A DNA stretch of 64,000 nt from Octopus bimaculoides (GCF_001194135.2 NC_068985.1:40688646-40752645); one strand, 5' to 3'; shown: positions 38,378 through 51,580, numbered from the stretch's first letter. Program-made: numbers and translations. The notes: generated by a model from the sequence alone, not told the origin.

Positions 38378-38532
38378 CACCATGTGCGTGTGTGTCTATG
38401 CACATACATACTAGCAAGCTCACTCGCAATGCTGCACTAGGGAAACATTTGTAGAACTAATTTGCTTCTTACAAGATGTTGCATGAACATGACCAATAAT
38501 AACCAATCAACAAGCATTATTAATCCTCTCAA

Positions 38533-38755
38533 AAGCAGCAGGCTGGCAGAATTGTTAGCACAGTGGACAAAATGCTTAGCAGTATTTCGCCCGTTGCTAC
38601 ATTCTAAGTTCAAATTCTGCCGAGATCAACTTTGCCTTTCATCCTTTCGAGGTTGATAAAATAAATATCAGTTGAATACCGGGGGTCGATGTAATCGACT
38701 CATTCCCACCTCCCACAAGCTGCCCTTCTGGCAAAATTTGAAATAATTATTAATC
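38533..38755 (+). mobile_element. Meta-domain SINE
   Basis: gctggcagaattgttagcac...actttgcctttcatcctttcgaggttgataaaataa. Confidence 0.8.
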
Positions 38756-39476
38756 TTCTCAAATAAATAATATGAAACCTTGATAAATTTCAATCCCTTG
38801 TTATTTCAAAAACATGCAAAATTCAATCACACAACTAACTCCCACTACCTAAAATTACTGGTCTTGTACCAAAATTGAAAACCATTATTATTATTAGTAT
38901 CTTAATTCAATTTATTGTGGTATTATCATTAGGTTTGTAAGGATGGCACAGATGGTAATTAACTTTGTTGACTGATGAGTGTACAAATACTGCTAGTCTG
39001 CTTCATCACTGGATTTGGTCCTACCATTGGTTTGCAGGAAATATTTACCATATTCAGTTCAAGAGACTACAGCTACTCCAATACATCATGTATGCGTGTG
39101 GGGTACATATTATATTATGCAATAGAAATTTATACAGCGTGAAGGGGTCATGAACTGACTGGGAGACACACACACCAAAACTCTTGAAGCATAGTGACCA
39201 GAGACTACAACAATAGCATAACTTTCCATTTAGTATATAGGAAATAAAAAAACATACACAAATATACATATATGCATCTAAACACACATATATACATATA
39301 AAAACATATACATAGATAATTATATATATAAACATGTAAATACACACACACACACACAGGGTGCATAAGGTATTTGAAGACATACCTTTTTTGGGGTCAT
39401 TGCTGCATTTTTTGCTAACTCTGTATAATCTTTGTTTCAGAAAATAATAATAGCAGCCCCTCAGCTTACTCAAGAA

Positions 39477-39586
39477 ATGAAGAGGCATGCTGTTATTGTG
39501 GTTATAAAAGGCTGAGCATAGCGATTCAGAAATATATCAATTTTTAAAAGTTGCCAGATCTTTTGTCTACAAAGTTTGTAAGGAGC
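39477..39586 (+). pseudogene. N-terminus of a Tc1-mariner (maT/DD37D-like) transposase
   Basis: With frameshifts, reads MKRHAVIVVIKAEHSDSEI..FLKVARSFVYKVCKE, an HTH-type N-terminus. Confidence 0.55.
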
Positions 39587-39593
39587 AGATTTC

Positions 39594-41303
39594 ATGGATC
39601 TAGACACTTTACCTGCACACTATAACATTTGGGAGGCTAGTAAAAGTATTGAACTCCTTGCATTGGATGAAATCGTAACAGAGATGATTTCTTCTGATAC
39701 AAAGTTAGTCATTACTTATTCTGGTGATGGATCTAAAAAACAGGGAGCCAGATCTTACTCCGTCCCGGGGCTGACTATTGATGGTCATTACAGACTTCTG
39801 CCAATTCCACTTGAAGCATCAGAAGCAAGAAATAACCTGGCTGACTTGAAAGTGGCTGTACATTTGCTACTAGAAGCAGCAAGTAATATCCCAGTTAAAA
39901 TACTATTTGAAAAAAATTGATTTTGTTATCTCAGACCAAACATCACACAATGTTGGGGTTGAAGAGGTCATAGCAGGAAATCTCAGCACAGAACACATAC
40001 CTGAACATCTGTTTCGCAATGTGCACTCTTCACTTATGTTCAATTTAATAATAACTGAACTGTGGAGTGACACTGAGAACACAACTGGACGAGACAAAAT
40101 TTGAGTTTTCTTGTAAATGTGACATCAAGCTCATGCAGTGCCACTGAAGATAACAAGATTAATCAATCATCATTTTGATCACAAGTCCTGGAACAAAGTC
40201 AATGAATTTGACATGCTCATTCAACCATGGGTTAATAAATTTGTTGCCCTGAAGAATGAATGCTTTAACCATCCCATTTTAACTTGTACAATAACTTTGT
40301 ACCACCTGGATTATGTAACATTGTATTTGGCAAAATATGAGCATGTTACAAACCAACTGGCTTGTATCGTATGAGGTTTCATAGATCTGGAGTTCCTCAA
40401 AGTATTATATTGCACAGGAGCGCTGATTGGACTGCACCTTGTTGAACCATTCCTTTCGCTCATCACTTCAACAAGCACAACCTACTCAAAACTTGTACCT
40501 GCTTTCAAACAACTTTAGGATGACCTTTCCACAGTGGATCCAAACCAACTGCTAAATGTACATAGTCCTGCACTCAATTTCGTATCTTCAGGCAGATTCC
40601 AGGAAACCAGATATAATGAAGATATATGCTGTGCTGTTGAAGCTATTGCAACCGAGTTGAAGCCAGAGGTTTTTAAAAGTACTGTCATGGCTTCTTCCAA
40701 AGTTAGCAGATGGTTTCCAGAACCAGAAGGAAGTTCTGTTTCATTTTGGAAACATCATCAATCTCTCCATGCTCTGGCAAACATGGACTTAACTAAACTA
40801 GAGAGTCACAATCTTGACTCAGAATGCAGTGTGGGATTTACCAACGAGTTGAGTCGTTGAGGTATCAAGTAACTCAAATTAGCATCTTCCCAAGTTAAAT
40901 CCAAGTCGGCTGATCTGATTGAACATTGGGAGTCCATATACCAAACTCACCAAACTTGGTAGGGTGGGTGGTGGGGCGAGTGCCTGACATCATTAAAGAA
41001 TGGGATAACTGTCAGCAGTAGTTAATGGTGGAGGAAGTGGAGAAGAAAATCAACATTGCAGTGGATAAATGACAAACAGCTGACTCAGATATTTTGAAAA
41101 ATCATGGTGGACTGTTTACTAGCAGCACTGAGGTAGATGCCTATCTCATGGCAGATATACCAGATAAAGAAAAGGTTGATTTAGAAATCAGATATGCCAG
41201 AGACACTGCCCTTTCTGTGTCAAAAACCAGCAATGTTTTTCATCTTAAACAAAATTATCAAAAATTGTCAGTATGCAATAAATTTGAAAATTTACTTGGA
41301 TAA
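39594..41303 (+). pseudogene. Decayed DDE-type transposase of unassigned family
   Basis: Colinear ORF pieces contain YSGDGSKKQG, DFVISDQTSHN, LF(R/C)NVH and HNLDSECSVG, interrupted by stops and frameshifts. No introns needed. Confidence 0.55.
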
Positions 41304-41404
41304 TGTGATTTGCAAAACAGACATGTTATTTATTTCAACTATGCATTGGATGACTTGATGTAAGATTTTGAAGCCATAATGGTTGTAAAAGTATTATTGT
41401 ATTG

Positions 41405-41625
41405 TGTGGGAGATACCAGTGTCACGCAAATGGAACCAGTGTTGGTGGTATGTAAAGGTGCCCATTACACTCTCAGAATGGTTGGCATTAGGAAGTGTAT
41501 CCAGCCATAGAAACCATGCCAAATTAGACTGGAGTCTGGTGCAGCCTTCCAGCTTGCCAGCCCTGGTCAAACCGTCCAACCCATGCCAGCATGGACAACG
41601 GATATTAAATGATGATGATGATGAT
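41405..41625 (+). mobile_element. RTE 3' tail
   Basis: Shared tail and (GAT)n. Confidence 0.8.
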
Positions 41626-41774
41626 ATAGGATTTGGGGGCTAAATTTGATGATTTTCTATGTCTCTTTTCTTCAGGAAAAGCTAGATGTATTGGTGAACA
41701 GTTAATGTTGGAGAGCATCAAGATTAAGGTTATAGTTGAGAAAAAGTTAGCTGATGTGGAAGATTGGAAGTCAT

Positions 41775-42360
41775 CTGAATACTGGAAGAGTTACAAGATG
41801 ATTTGTGTCAGGTATCAAAATGCTGACATCATGATTGCTAGTCAGTGCACTGTGAACACTGTAAAGGCTGTATGACATCACAAGGATAGCTGCAATGGAG
41901 ACTACAAAGCTGTGGCCAGCAGGCATTCTGACTGCGTTTGCATGCCAGAATTCATCCCCACATCTTTGAACAGGGTCTTAGGCTCAATTCAGACTACAAT
42001 GTGAAGCTGCTACAGACTGGTCACTCCCTGGTTGAAGAGGGTTGCTGCAGGAAGGCCTTTATATGTGGCAGCAGGATTTTCCTTGCCATATCTCCAGAAA
42101 GAGTGAGAAGTGGTTGTCGGAGAATTTCTATGACTTCACCAGCCCCAATTGCTGGCCTCCTAATTCCCACATTTGCAATCTCATGGATTACTACGTGTGA
42201 GCACAGTTGAGAAAGACACCAACTACTCTGTCTGCAACACTGAGGCAAAGTTAGTGGCCAAGATCAAGGAGGTGTTTAAAGATTTTCCCAGGGACAGAGT
42301 GAGGAACACATGTACCAGGTTCCGGAGCTGTCTTTGAGCTATGGTGGAAGCTGAGAGCTT
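41775..42360 (+). pseudogene. maT (DD37D-like) transposase relic with internal deletion
   Basis: WQQD-FPCH...KWLSENFYDFTSPNCWPPNSHICNLMDYYV. There are 36 residues between the second and third Asp, one short of DD37D. Confidence 0.75.
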
Positions 42361-42759
42361 TTGCAGTATATTGGAAATGAAGGACACCATTTGCATTACG
42401 GTGGCGATGCCAAAGCAAGGAAACATTAACACACCTGCACACATAACAACACATATAAAATGGGCTTCTTTCAGTTTCCATCTACCAAAGCCACTAACAA
42501 GGCTTTAGTTGGAATGGATCTATAGTGAAAGGCATTTATCCAAGGTGCTATGCAGTGGGATTGAACATGGAACCATGTTGCTGAGAAGCAAATTTCTTAC
42601 CTATATTCAAATATAGATACATATACACGTGTATATATGTACATAAATACATATGTATGTGTAAATAAATATGTATATACATGTGTGTGTATATAAAAAT
42701 GCATATATATGTGTATGTATATCATGATCACCATCAACATTTAACATCCGTTGTCCATG

Positions 42760-42882
42760 CTGAAGGCAAGGATTACGGCAGTATTCACCAACTTAAACAA
42801 AGAGACCATCCAGAAGAGTTACAGGAGATTCCTAAGTTGTCTGGAGGCCATGATTGAAGCCAATGGTGATTTTATTGAATAA
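42760..42882 (+). pseudogene. C-terminus of a maT/Tc1-type transposase
   Basis: LKARITAVFTNLNKETIQKSYRRFLSCLEAMIEANGDFIE*. Confidence 0.7.
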
Positions 42883-43764
42883 ATTTACTCTTTAGTGTTT
42901 CAAGATATTTTTATGTAATTTTGGTAAATATATCTGTTAAAATGAGATTTATTTTCATTTTTGCGTAATTCAGACAACAGTTTATTCATCATTTTAACAT
43001 CCACTTCTCTATGTTTGCATGGATCAGATGGTATTTAATGAGGCAGATTCTCTAAGACTAAACAACCTTCCTGCTGCCATATGAATACACACTTAATAGG
43101 CCAGTTGCTGCAGTATTTGGTCTGAGATATCATCCCTTGTGGATTTGCTGTATTAAAAAAAAACAAATTTCAGACAGAGACAAAACTTGTCCCAGCAAAG
43201 AATTTTTAATCAGTTGAGCAACTAGTCACTGCATTAGTGAATGTTTCATTTACCATTTCCTGTATCAGACACAAAAATTTCTCAACTGAGAATCTGCCTG
43301 GCTGCAAATATGCACTATTGAAAAGACCACAAAACACAGAAATGCAACTGGCACTCCCACTGGCCACTGCTGGGACAAAGTTTCGTCTGTGGTGTCTAAT
43401 ACAGCAAGTCTATAAGAGATGTGATCTTTGGACAAATATTGCAGTGACTGGCCTATCAACTGTGTATGTTCATTAAAGTATCATACAAGGATGGCTATAT
43501 ATATATATGTCTATATATTTGTGTGTGTGAGTGTATGTTCATACATATATGTAATGTTCAAATGTATATATACATTTTATGTATTTGTAGATATAACAGA
43601 AGCCTGGTGCAGTCTTCTGCCTAGCCAGCCCCTGTCAAACTGTCCAACCATACCAGCATGGAAAACGGATTTTTGATATACATTTATGCATATGCGCGTT
43701 TGTGTGATTGTGCAAACATGCATCACTCATATAATTATTCAAGTTATACTGGAACGTGTCATAT

Positions 43765-45250
43765 CCAAGGACTTGCAGTGTAGTATCTGCATGAACTGCT
43801 ACAAAGGCAAAGGAGATGCCTTAGGAGAGGAATTTATAGAAGAGTTAAACTACTGGATCAAGTTATGAAGGTCATGGAGAGAGTTACAAGACAAATACCT
43901 TAATAGACTTATATGAGATGCTGCTTGACCTCTTGCCTACTGTGTGGGCTGTATAAGCAATGTCCAAAGATGCAGTGAGTGAGTGCTAACAATGATTTCA
44001 GTGACAAATTTATCATGAGGGTAGGAGTCCATCAAGGCTTAACCATCAGTCCCTTCTTATTCATCATGGTCCTACAATCCATCACAGAGAAATTTAAAAC
44101 TGGCTGTCCATGGGAACTCTTGTATGCTGATAATCTAGTTGTCATAACTGAATCTATAGTGGAATCATGATCATCATCCTTTAATGTCTGTTTTCCATGC
44201 TAGCATGGGTTGGATGGTTTGAGAGGAAATTCCAAGCATGGAATCTAAACCTAGAATCAAGAGGCCTGAAGGTAAAATTAACAAAGACTGAGGTTTTAGT
44301 AAGTAGGAAAGAAGACAGGACCCTATCTCCAGGGAAATGGCTTTGCTAAATATGCAGAAAAGAAGCTCCATTGAAACTGGTACTCTGTCGGTTATGATGA
44401 CAAGGGTTACAGTTGATCTGATCAATTGAACAGCCTGCTCCTGAAATTAATATGCAAATGGCTGAGCACTCAGCAGACATGCATATCTTTAATGTAGTTC
44501 TGAGGGAAATTCAGTGTGACACAGAATGTGACAAAGCTGATGCTTTTGAATTACAAGTACAACTCATTTTTGCCAGCAGAGTGAACTAGAGTAACAAGAC
44601 AAAGTGCTGCCAGAGTGAAACTCTTGACCTTACAATCATGAGCTGAATACTTGAAACCACTAAGTTGCATGCCTTCACAGGAGTATCATACACTGCACCC
44701 AATGTAAGCTATGGACACACATGTGGTAGAGTGGAATCACAGGCAGACTCAAAAGAAAGCAAGCTTCATCTGTGACAGATGCACTGGAGCAGTATGTTTC
44801 CAACAGCACATTGGAAAAAAATTTTCTTAAATGCTTGGATGACTCTCTACATGTAGTTGACAGCTTTTGTTAATTAGAAGAGATAATTAGCAAGGGAAGT
44901 TATAGAAAATAGATTAAGAATGGCTTTGAAAAGTTCAGGGAGCTACTGCTGCTAGTATTAACAAAGTTCTTTGTCCTCAGAGTAGATGGCAGATTGTATG
45001 ACCTCTGTGTTATAACTGAAGCTGCATAGTGGTGAGACATGAGCCTTGAAAGACTGGAAAGAACTGATGCTAGCACATTCCAATGGCTATGCAATGTAAA
45101 TTTGCATGAATGACAAAGTACAAAAGGGAAATTAAATGTAGCGTGCCAGACAGAAGATTGCACTAGTATGACCAAATGATGCATATGGATAATGGCTGCT
45201 GTATAAAAAAAGTGGCAATCACTTAATGTGGATGAAACTATGTACGAGAG
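43765..45250 (+). mobile_element. Fragmented RTE LINE interrupted by an inverted RTE tail (44170-44220) and a SINE (44430-44665)
   Basis: CYKGKGDAL, VGVHQG..ISPFLFIMVLQSITEKFKTGCPWELLYADNLV (RT YADD region), with homology resuming after each insert. Confidence 0.8.
44430..44665 (-). mobile_element. CORE-type SINE family C nested in RTE
   Basis: Reverse complement of 31300-31510. Confidence 0.7.
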
Positions 45251-45964
45251 ATTTGTTGTTCATTCATAAGACTGTTCTCTCTCTACACATTTTACACTGT
45301 TCACCCTTCTGAGCTACCAAATTATTCCACCTCTCCTTCTCTATTTACTATGCCTGCCCCATACTCTTACAATCAAGCAAACCACTTATCATATCTCTCT
45401 CTTTGCCTCATCTTCTCTCTTCCTTCCCCTGTCTGCTGTATTATTATTACTATTCTGCTACTCTTTACCTATCTCCTTCAACACTCAGTCATGTCTGCTT
45501 CCCTATCTCCCTCAACTTACCTGTATCACTGATCACCTCTCAACCTTACATAATTTTTAGTTATCACCTACTCTTCCTCTTTTATTCTCTCAACACTTGT
45601 TCTTTATATTCACCCTCTCACACATTCTCTATTTGTAACCATCTCTCTCCTCCATACACTTTTACATCTACTCACCCACACTTCTTGTTCTCCTATCCCC
45701 AATTTATCCACTTTGCACCTTAAGGGCCCACCCTGACACCTCAATATCACTATTTTTTAAATTTCCTTTCAGCTCCACTACAACTACTCCCAGTCACCCT
45801 TGTAAAATTTGAGTAGTCATGCAGCTCCTCTACAGCAAGAAACCTGTTCTGGAACCTCTCACATTTTAGTTACTCATCTCATTGTATAAAGCTGCCCATC
45901 ACCCTCTCTAATGTAGACCTACTCAATCAAAGAGGATCGTAGTTATACAGGCTGCGTAGCAACT

Positions 45965-46142
45965 TCATTGGTGCCACGAAGGAAAAACAAACTGTACATG
46001 CTGTAAAGTGGTTGACATTAGGAAAGGCATCCAGTTGTAGAAACTATGTCAAAGCAGACACTGAAGCATGATGCAGTCTTTGCATCAGATGGTTCCTGTC
46101 AAACCATTCAATCCATGCCAGCATGGAAGATGGAAGTTAAAT
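45965..46142 (+). mobile_element. RTE 3' tail
   Basis: Shared tail motif. Confidence 0.7.
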
Positions 46143-46145
46143 GTT

Positions 46146-46187
<42 letters not shown>

Positions 46188-46359
46188 ATCATAAGAGTTA
46201 CATGTACGTTTGAAATAAAATTTCCAACGTAGATATATATATTTTTTGTTATTGATACAAAGACAAAATATACCCTGGTTGAAATGTGATATAAACAATA
46301 TTTGCACGTATAGATTATGTTGCTCCTCCTCCATAATGAGTTAAAATCTTCAACAATAT

Positions 46360-46990
46360 TAATAACTGCTTCAAAATGTTGGCATAAGGCAAACAATTTA
46401 GTGGGGGTGCAGGTGTCCATTAAATTGACCTCAGTACTTAATTTTATCGATGTGATTTAAACTTAGAACGTAAATACCAGAATAAATATTGGAAGTTAAT
46501 TTTCCAACAATAACGAACGTGCCAATTCACCTCCCCCAACTTTGTAAATAATAAATGTACTTTTAACATAAGCACAAGGCCATGAATTTGGGAATGTGTT
46601 TAGTCAAACCAACCCCAGTATTTGACTGGTACTGTATTTCATCTATCTAGAAAGACGAAAGTTAGTAAGATTTGAACTCAGGATGTCAAAAGTCAGAAGA
46701 AACACAGCAAGGCATTTTATACCTAATATTTCAACGATTCTGGTAGCTGATCGCCCAAGTAACAATTGTTTCTAACGTAGACGCAAGGCCTGAAATGGAT
46801 TTGTGGGGGGTAGGGTGTTGATTATATCGACCCAGGAAGGATAAAAAAGCTAAGTTGCCTTTAGTGGGATTTGAACTTACAGCGTAAAGGGATGTAATTA
46901 AACACTGCAAGACATTTGTTCGGCGTTGTATTCTGATACTCCACTCCACTGAATAATAATTATTATTCTCATACAGGCACAAGGCAATCG
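46360..46990 (-). mobile_element. Cluster of 3-4 same-orientation Meta-domain SINE copies
   Basis: Repeated gca.aaggc...ga.ccca...gatttgaact.a motifs at about 46385, 46575, 46785 and 46975. Confidence 0.6.
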
Positions 46991-47977
46991 AAGTAATATA
47001 ACTTTAAAAAAAAACAGTTTTGAACTGTTGTTTCGGCCTATCATCGTCCTCTTTATTGGTAAAGGTGTACACACACATTATATATGTATATATATACACA
47101 CACACACATATATATATATGATAAATAGACAGATACATAAAGATGAAGCTTCTCGAAACGTACCGACACAATGAGAAACGTCAAAATCAGTGCTCACACT
47201 ACTTCAGGTACTGTTATTTTTTCCGTTTGTAACGACTATCATGTATGTATGAGAATTTATTATTCGTATTATTCTGGAATAATTTTAGATAATAGTAGTT
47301 ACAAACATAGTAGCTGACAAGGCTTCCATTATTTTTAAAATATATATATTTGGCCATGCGATCAACAATTCTTAAAATGTCAGTTTTGCAGAGGAGAAAC
47401 ATGGCATGCTTATAAAAACAATAATAATAATGATATCACATAATCTTGTGTGTATTTGGTATAGCGAAGACACAATTTTGCATTACACCAAACGTTTCTT
47501 TGAATATACGCACAGACACGCATAATTATATATATANNNNNNNNNNNNNNNNNNNNNNNNNNNNNNNNNNNNNNNNNNNNNNNNNNNNNNNNNNNNNNNN
47601 NNNNNNNNNNNNNNNNNNNNNNNNNNNNNNNNNNNNNNNNNNNNNNNNNNNNNNNNNNNNNNNNNNNNNNNNNNNNNNNNNNNNNNNNNNNNNNNNNNNN
47701 NNNNNNNNNNNNNNNNNNNNNNNNNNNNNNNNNNNNNNNNNNNNNNNNNNNNNNNNNNNNNNNNNNNNNNNNNNTATATATACACTTTACGGCATGGACG
47801 GTGATATACAACTGTATTTTAATACATGTCACACACTAAGCTATGTTGTGTTATTTTACGAAAAATTGTGGTACTTACCTCAAAATAAACTGCTAGAGAT
47901 ATATAGAGAAACAAAAGGCTGCTAAGAAATATCTTTGTAAGTCACTCCACATTGCACAAACACACACACACAAGACA

Positions 47978-48023
<46 letters not shown>

Positions 48024-48315
48024 CACTCCACTATAGTGAGAGTGAGTGTGTTTAACTGTCATCGAGTAGATGTATGAGGAAAGGTATTTTAGCCGTGACT
48101 ATCCCGTCTTTCTACGTGCAGGGAACTTAGAATGAAACATTATCCAACGTGTCCTCGAAGATACTGGATGTGATTTGAGGGAAATTTTGCTGCTATATCT
48201 AGCAGGTTGGACAACTACACAGAAGCACCTTTCTTCGTTGGCTCGATATGAATGATGTGTTTGAGCCAGAAGTAATTTTACAAACGTTTGCGTGCGCGTG
48301 TCATATATACATATA

Positions 48316-48357
<42 letters not shown>

Positions 48358-49400
48358 ATACATATATATAATGAAAGACACTCTTGTGTATATCATATAC
48401 ATTTTTGTATATTACGTGTGTAGATATATTTACCTGTCACCCGTGTCTAGCAGTCTTAAGTACAGCTCTGTCTCTTTTCTCTTCTGTTTTAACTCAGTGT
48501 TTTGACTTCGTCTCTTCTTCCTCCTGATTACGAGTAGCCCAGCTTCAATCTTTTCATAGCGATATTAGTTTTACCTTAGCTTCTTTCTAAGGAAGTCTTT
48601 TCGATTAATATTTTTAATTTTTTGTTGTTGTTTGGGGTTATAAAAATCCTGCCCACATCAATAAAATGTATCTTTTCTATTACATAAATTTATAATATAT
48701 TTATATATATAAATATATTTTAAAGAAATGTGAGAATCACGTCACCCGCCTTTCAATCATTAACTCTTAGGTTTCGCTTTCTGACAGATCTTTAAAGCGT
48801 CTCGACATGATTATCTCACGAGTTACTTCCACTTGATTGCTGTATGGTGGTGGCGCTTTTTCTCAAGGAATTTTTAGGTTTAGTGTTTCGTTTCAGTTCC
48901 TGATTTTGATTTTACGCTTTGTATTGTTTAGTTTTTGTTTTCTTTTACTTCTAACTTTCAATTCTTCGCCGCTATGTGGCGCTCGCGCTTTAAGAAGCTC
49001 CTAAAATGCGACGAAACGCAGAGAAAGTTTATTTAAAAATAATAATAGTGAAAATAAAATATTACGAAATGTAACGAAAGTTTGTAGAAAACAAAAGTGA
49101 AATCGTCTGAATCGAAAATGAAAGAATAAGACCTCTTTCAAAATATTAATATTAGTTTAATATCCGAACGTCGTGAAATTTCTTATTCCTATATATGTAC
49201 ACCGCACTCGTTTCAAACCACGAGCCAGTGGTTTAAAGCGTCATTACTCTTTGTATTAGCATAAAGATTCGCTATTCGAATCCAGTTTTAGAACTATGTA
49301 CATATTGAGAAAAAATACCTGATGACGACCAGACAGCAAACCGATTGACATATATAGTATAATTATTTTTTAAAAGATGAAGATTAATAATCTAATCGTA
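46400..49400 (-). promoter_or_regulatory. CpG-retaining block, candidate promoter / first exon of the HERC4-like gene
   Basis: Visibly CpG-rich compared with 1-46 kb. TCACGTCAC (CRE-like) at 48737-48745, CTCF-like CCGCTATGTGGCGC at 48969-48982, and minus-strand donors CAG|GTAAAT (after 48434) and AAG|GTAAAA (after 48575). Confidence 0.4.
48062..48245 (+). mobile_element. Dispersed repeat (family E), CpG-retaining copy
   Basis: gatttgagggaaattttgctgctat.tctagcaggtt. Decayed homologues lie near 13900, 15100, 15330, 22520 and 35220. Confidence 0.55.
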
Positions 49401-49904
49401 TTAACAATAATTCATAGACATTAAGAAAGAATAGAACAAATGAATTATGATTGTATTACTTTCTGTTTCTTAACCAAAGAATAATTAATTCTACCTCCAC
49501 ACACCAGGGACAGAGTATAGTGTGTTTCTAAAACAAAACATCAAAATATGAGAATTAAAAACAAAACAAAAGGATAAAATAAGCCAGAGAATATTGTCTT
49601 TTCGTCATCACCTATTTATTTTTTGATAATTTTTTAAAATATACTTTTTGCAGTAAATGTTAAATCTAACTTTCGATTTTCATAGGAGTAGCGTCCATGA
49701 ATAATGATTTATTTTTGTTAATATGCTAATTTACTACTAGTGATTTCCTTACAATTCTTTTCACAAATATAATGATGTATATTTTTTCCATCGTGGAGGT
49801 CTAATAAAGTCGAAATATGTCCAAAGTTGTTTCTCAATTTGCCAAAATAATGAAAATAATATTAATTTGTTTGGCTGATATTTGCAGACAACATGTTGCT
49901 ACTT

Positions 49905-50697
49905 GGTTTATCAGAAGGTGATCTCTAGCATGCACTGAACAGGTTCATTGCTGAGCGCTGCAAGGCAAGGGTGAAAATTAGTGTTGCAAAGACAGACATT
50001 TGTCCTCTTAAGAAAGTCTTCCCAATACACTCTACATGTTAGTGGAACATCATGTGGAGAAGTTTAAACATCTTAGGGCCATATTAACGAGTGATGAGAA
50101 GCAGGAAGCTGAATTTAATGCTAAAGTTGCAGGTGTTGGTACAGTAATGTGCCATTATCCAGCATTCAATCTTTAGAAGAGGAGAAGTTGGAAAAAAAGC
50201 CAAATTTGTTATTTTCAATTTTGTTTTTTGTACCTATTCTCACCTATAGTCAAAACTGTTGGATAATGACCAAAAGAGTACAATTTCAAATACAATAGGT
50301 AATGTCCAAAAAAGAACAATGATGTTACTCCAAAGGATCTCTGGAGTAATGTTACTCAATAGGGTGCATAGCTCAGAGATCAGGGAGTCTATAGAACGAG
50401 TCACTACCTTTCCACATTCAGAGGTCACAGATCCAGTAATATGAACATGTGGTTAGAATTTGGAAGAAAATAATTGCAAGACAGATTCTTTAAGCTGAGG
50501 CAACTGGCAGGAAACCTAAGGACAGACTAAGAATGAGATGGTTGGGTAATGTCCATAGTCTCAGTTTGTCATGCTTAAGAATCCAGCCAAAAAGTCTAAT
50601 AGCAGTTGCTCCTGATAGGACTATATGGTGGAAATACATGCAGACACTACCCCAGCAACCCTCTTAAGAATAGTGGACAGAGAAGAAGGATGGATCT
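49905..50697 (+). mobile_element. Old RTE LINE of Expander/REX3-like type
   Basis: ALNRF.AE...ISVAKT, VEKFKHL..ILTSD, VPILTYS..CWIMTKRV and an ...ggatggat end. The sequence is unlike the main RTE family. Confidence 0.6.
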
Positions 50698-51111
50698 CAG
50701 TACATTAAATATGTTGACACAAACAGTGGTATGATCATACCTTCTACCAATGTTCCAATCTCTTGGCAAAAAAAAATGAAAAAGGGAGAGAGAGAAGTTA
50801 CTCACCTATCAGAGGAGATCTGATGTGGAGAGATTTAACACAGGGGAACACTTAAAAGCATGTTAAGATGTTATACAGATTAAGTCTACAACCCAGAGAC
50901 AGAAAATCACTATATTTCACCAAAAAAGAGAGGGAATAAGTATGTGTGTATGCATGTATGTATATATATTTGTATAAATATTTTATACCATATTAACATC
51001 TAATTTCCTCCATTTATAAAAAATATGATTGAATTTGTTGAATTTCATTCTATAACTTAAATCAGATACTTAATATACGTATATTTGTATAAAAATATAT
51101 ATATGTACATG

Positions 51112-51423
51112 TGAATGCGCTTAGCTTAAGTGGTTAGCATATTCAGCTCACAGTTGTAAGCAGATTACTGGCAGTGTGTTGTATCCTTGAGCAAGACATT
51201 TATTTCATGTTGCTCCAGTCCATTCAGCTGGCAAAAATGAGTTGTACTAGTAATTCAAAGGTCCAGCCTTGTCACATTCTGTGTTGTGCTGAATCTCCTT
51301 GAGAACTACATTAAGAGTAAGCATGTTTGTGGTGTTCTCAGCCACTTGCTTGTTGATTTTTACGAACAGGCTGTTCCATTGATTGGATCAACTGGAACCC
51401 TTGTTGTAACCAATGGAGTTCCA
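51112..51423 (+). mobile_element. CORE-type SINE family C
   Basis: Colinear with 31238-31548. Confidence 0.75.
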
Positions 51424-51547
51424 GGTGCATGCAATAAATATATGTATGTATATTTATATACACACACACATATATATATCACGGTTTCAACCAGACTATC
51501 TGATGTTATTATACACCATTGGTCTCAATGTGTTTTGTACTGTTCAA

Positions 51548-51580
<33 letters not shown>

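Noticed and set aside
47140-47165. GATGAAGCTTCTCGAAACGT, hammerhead-like
   Set aside because: Lacks the CUG of the core and has no stem I or II pairing.
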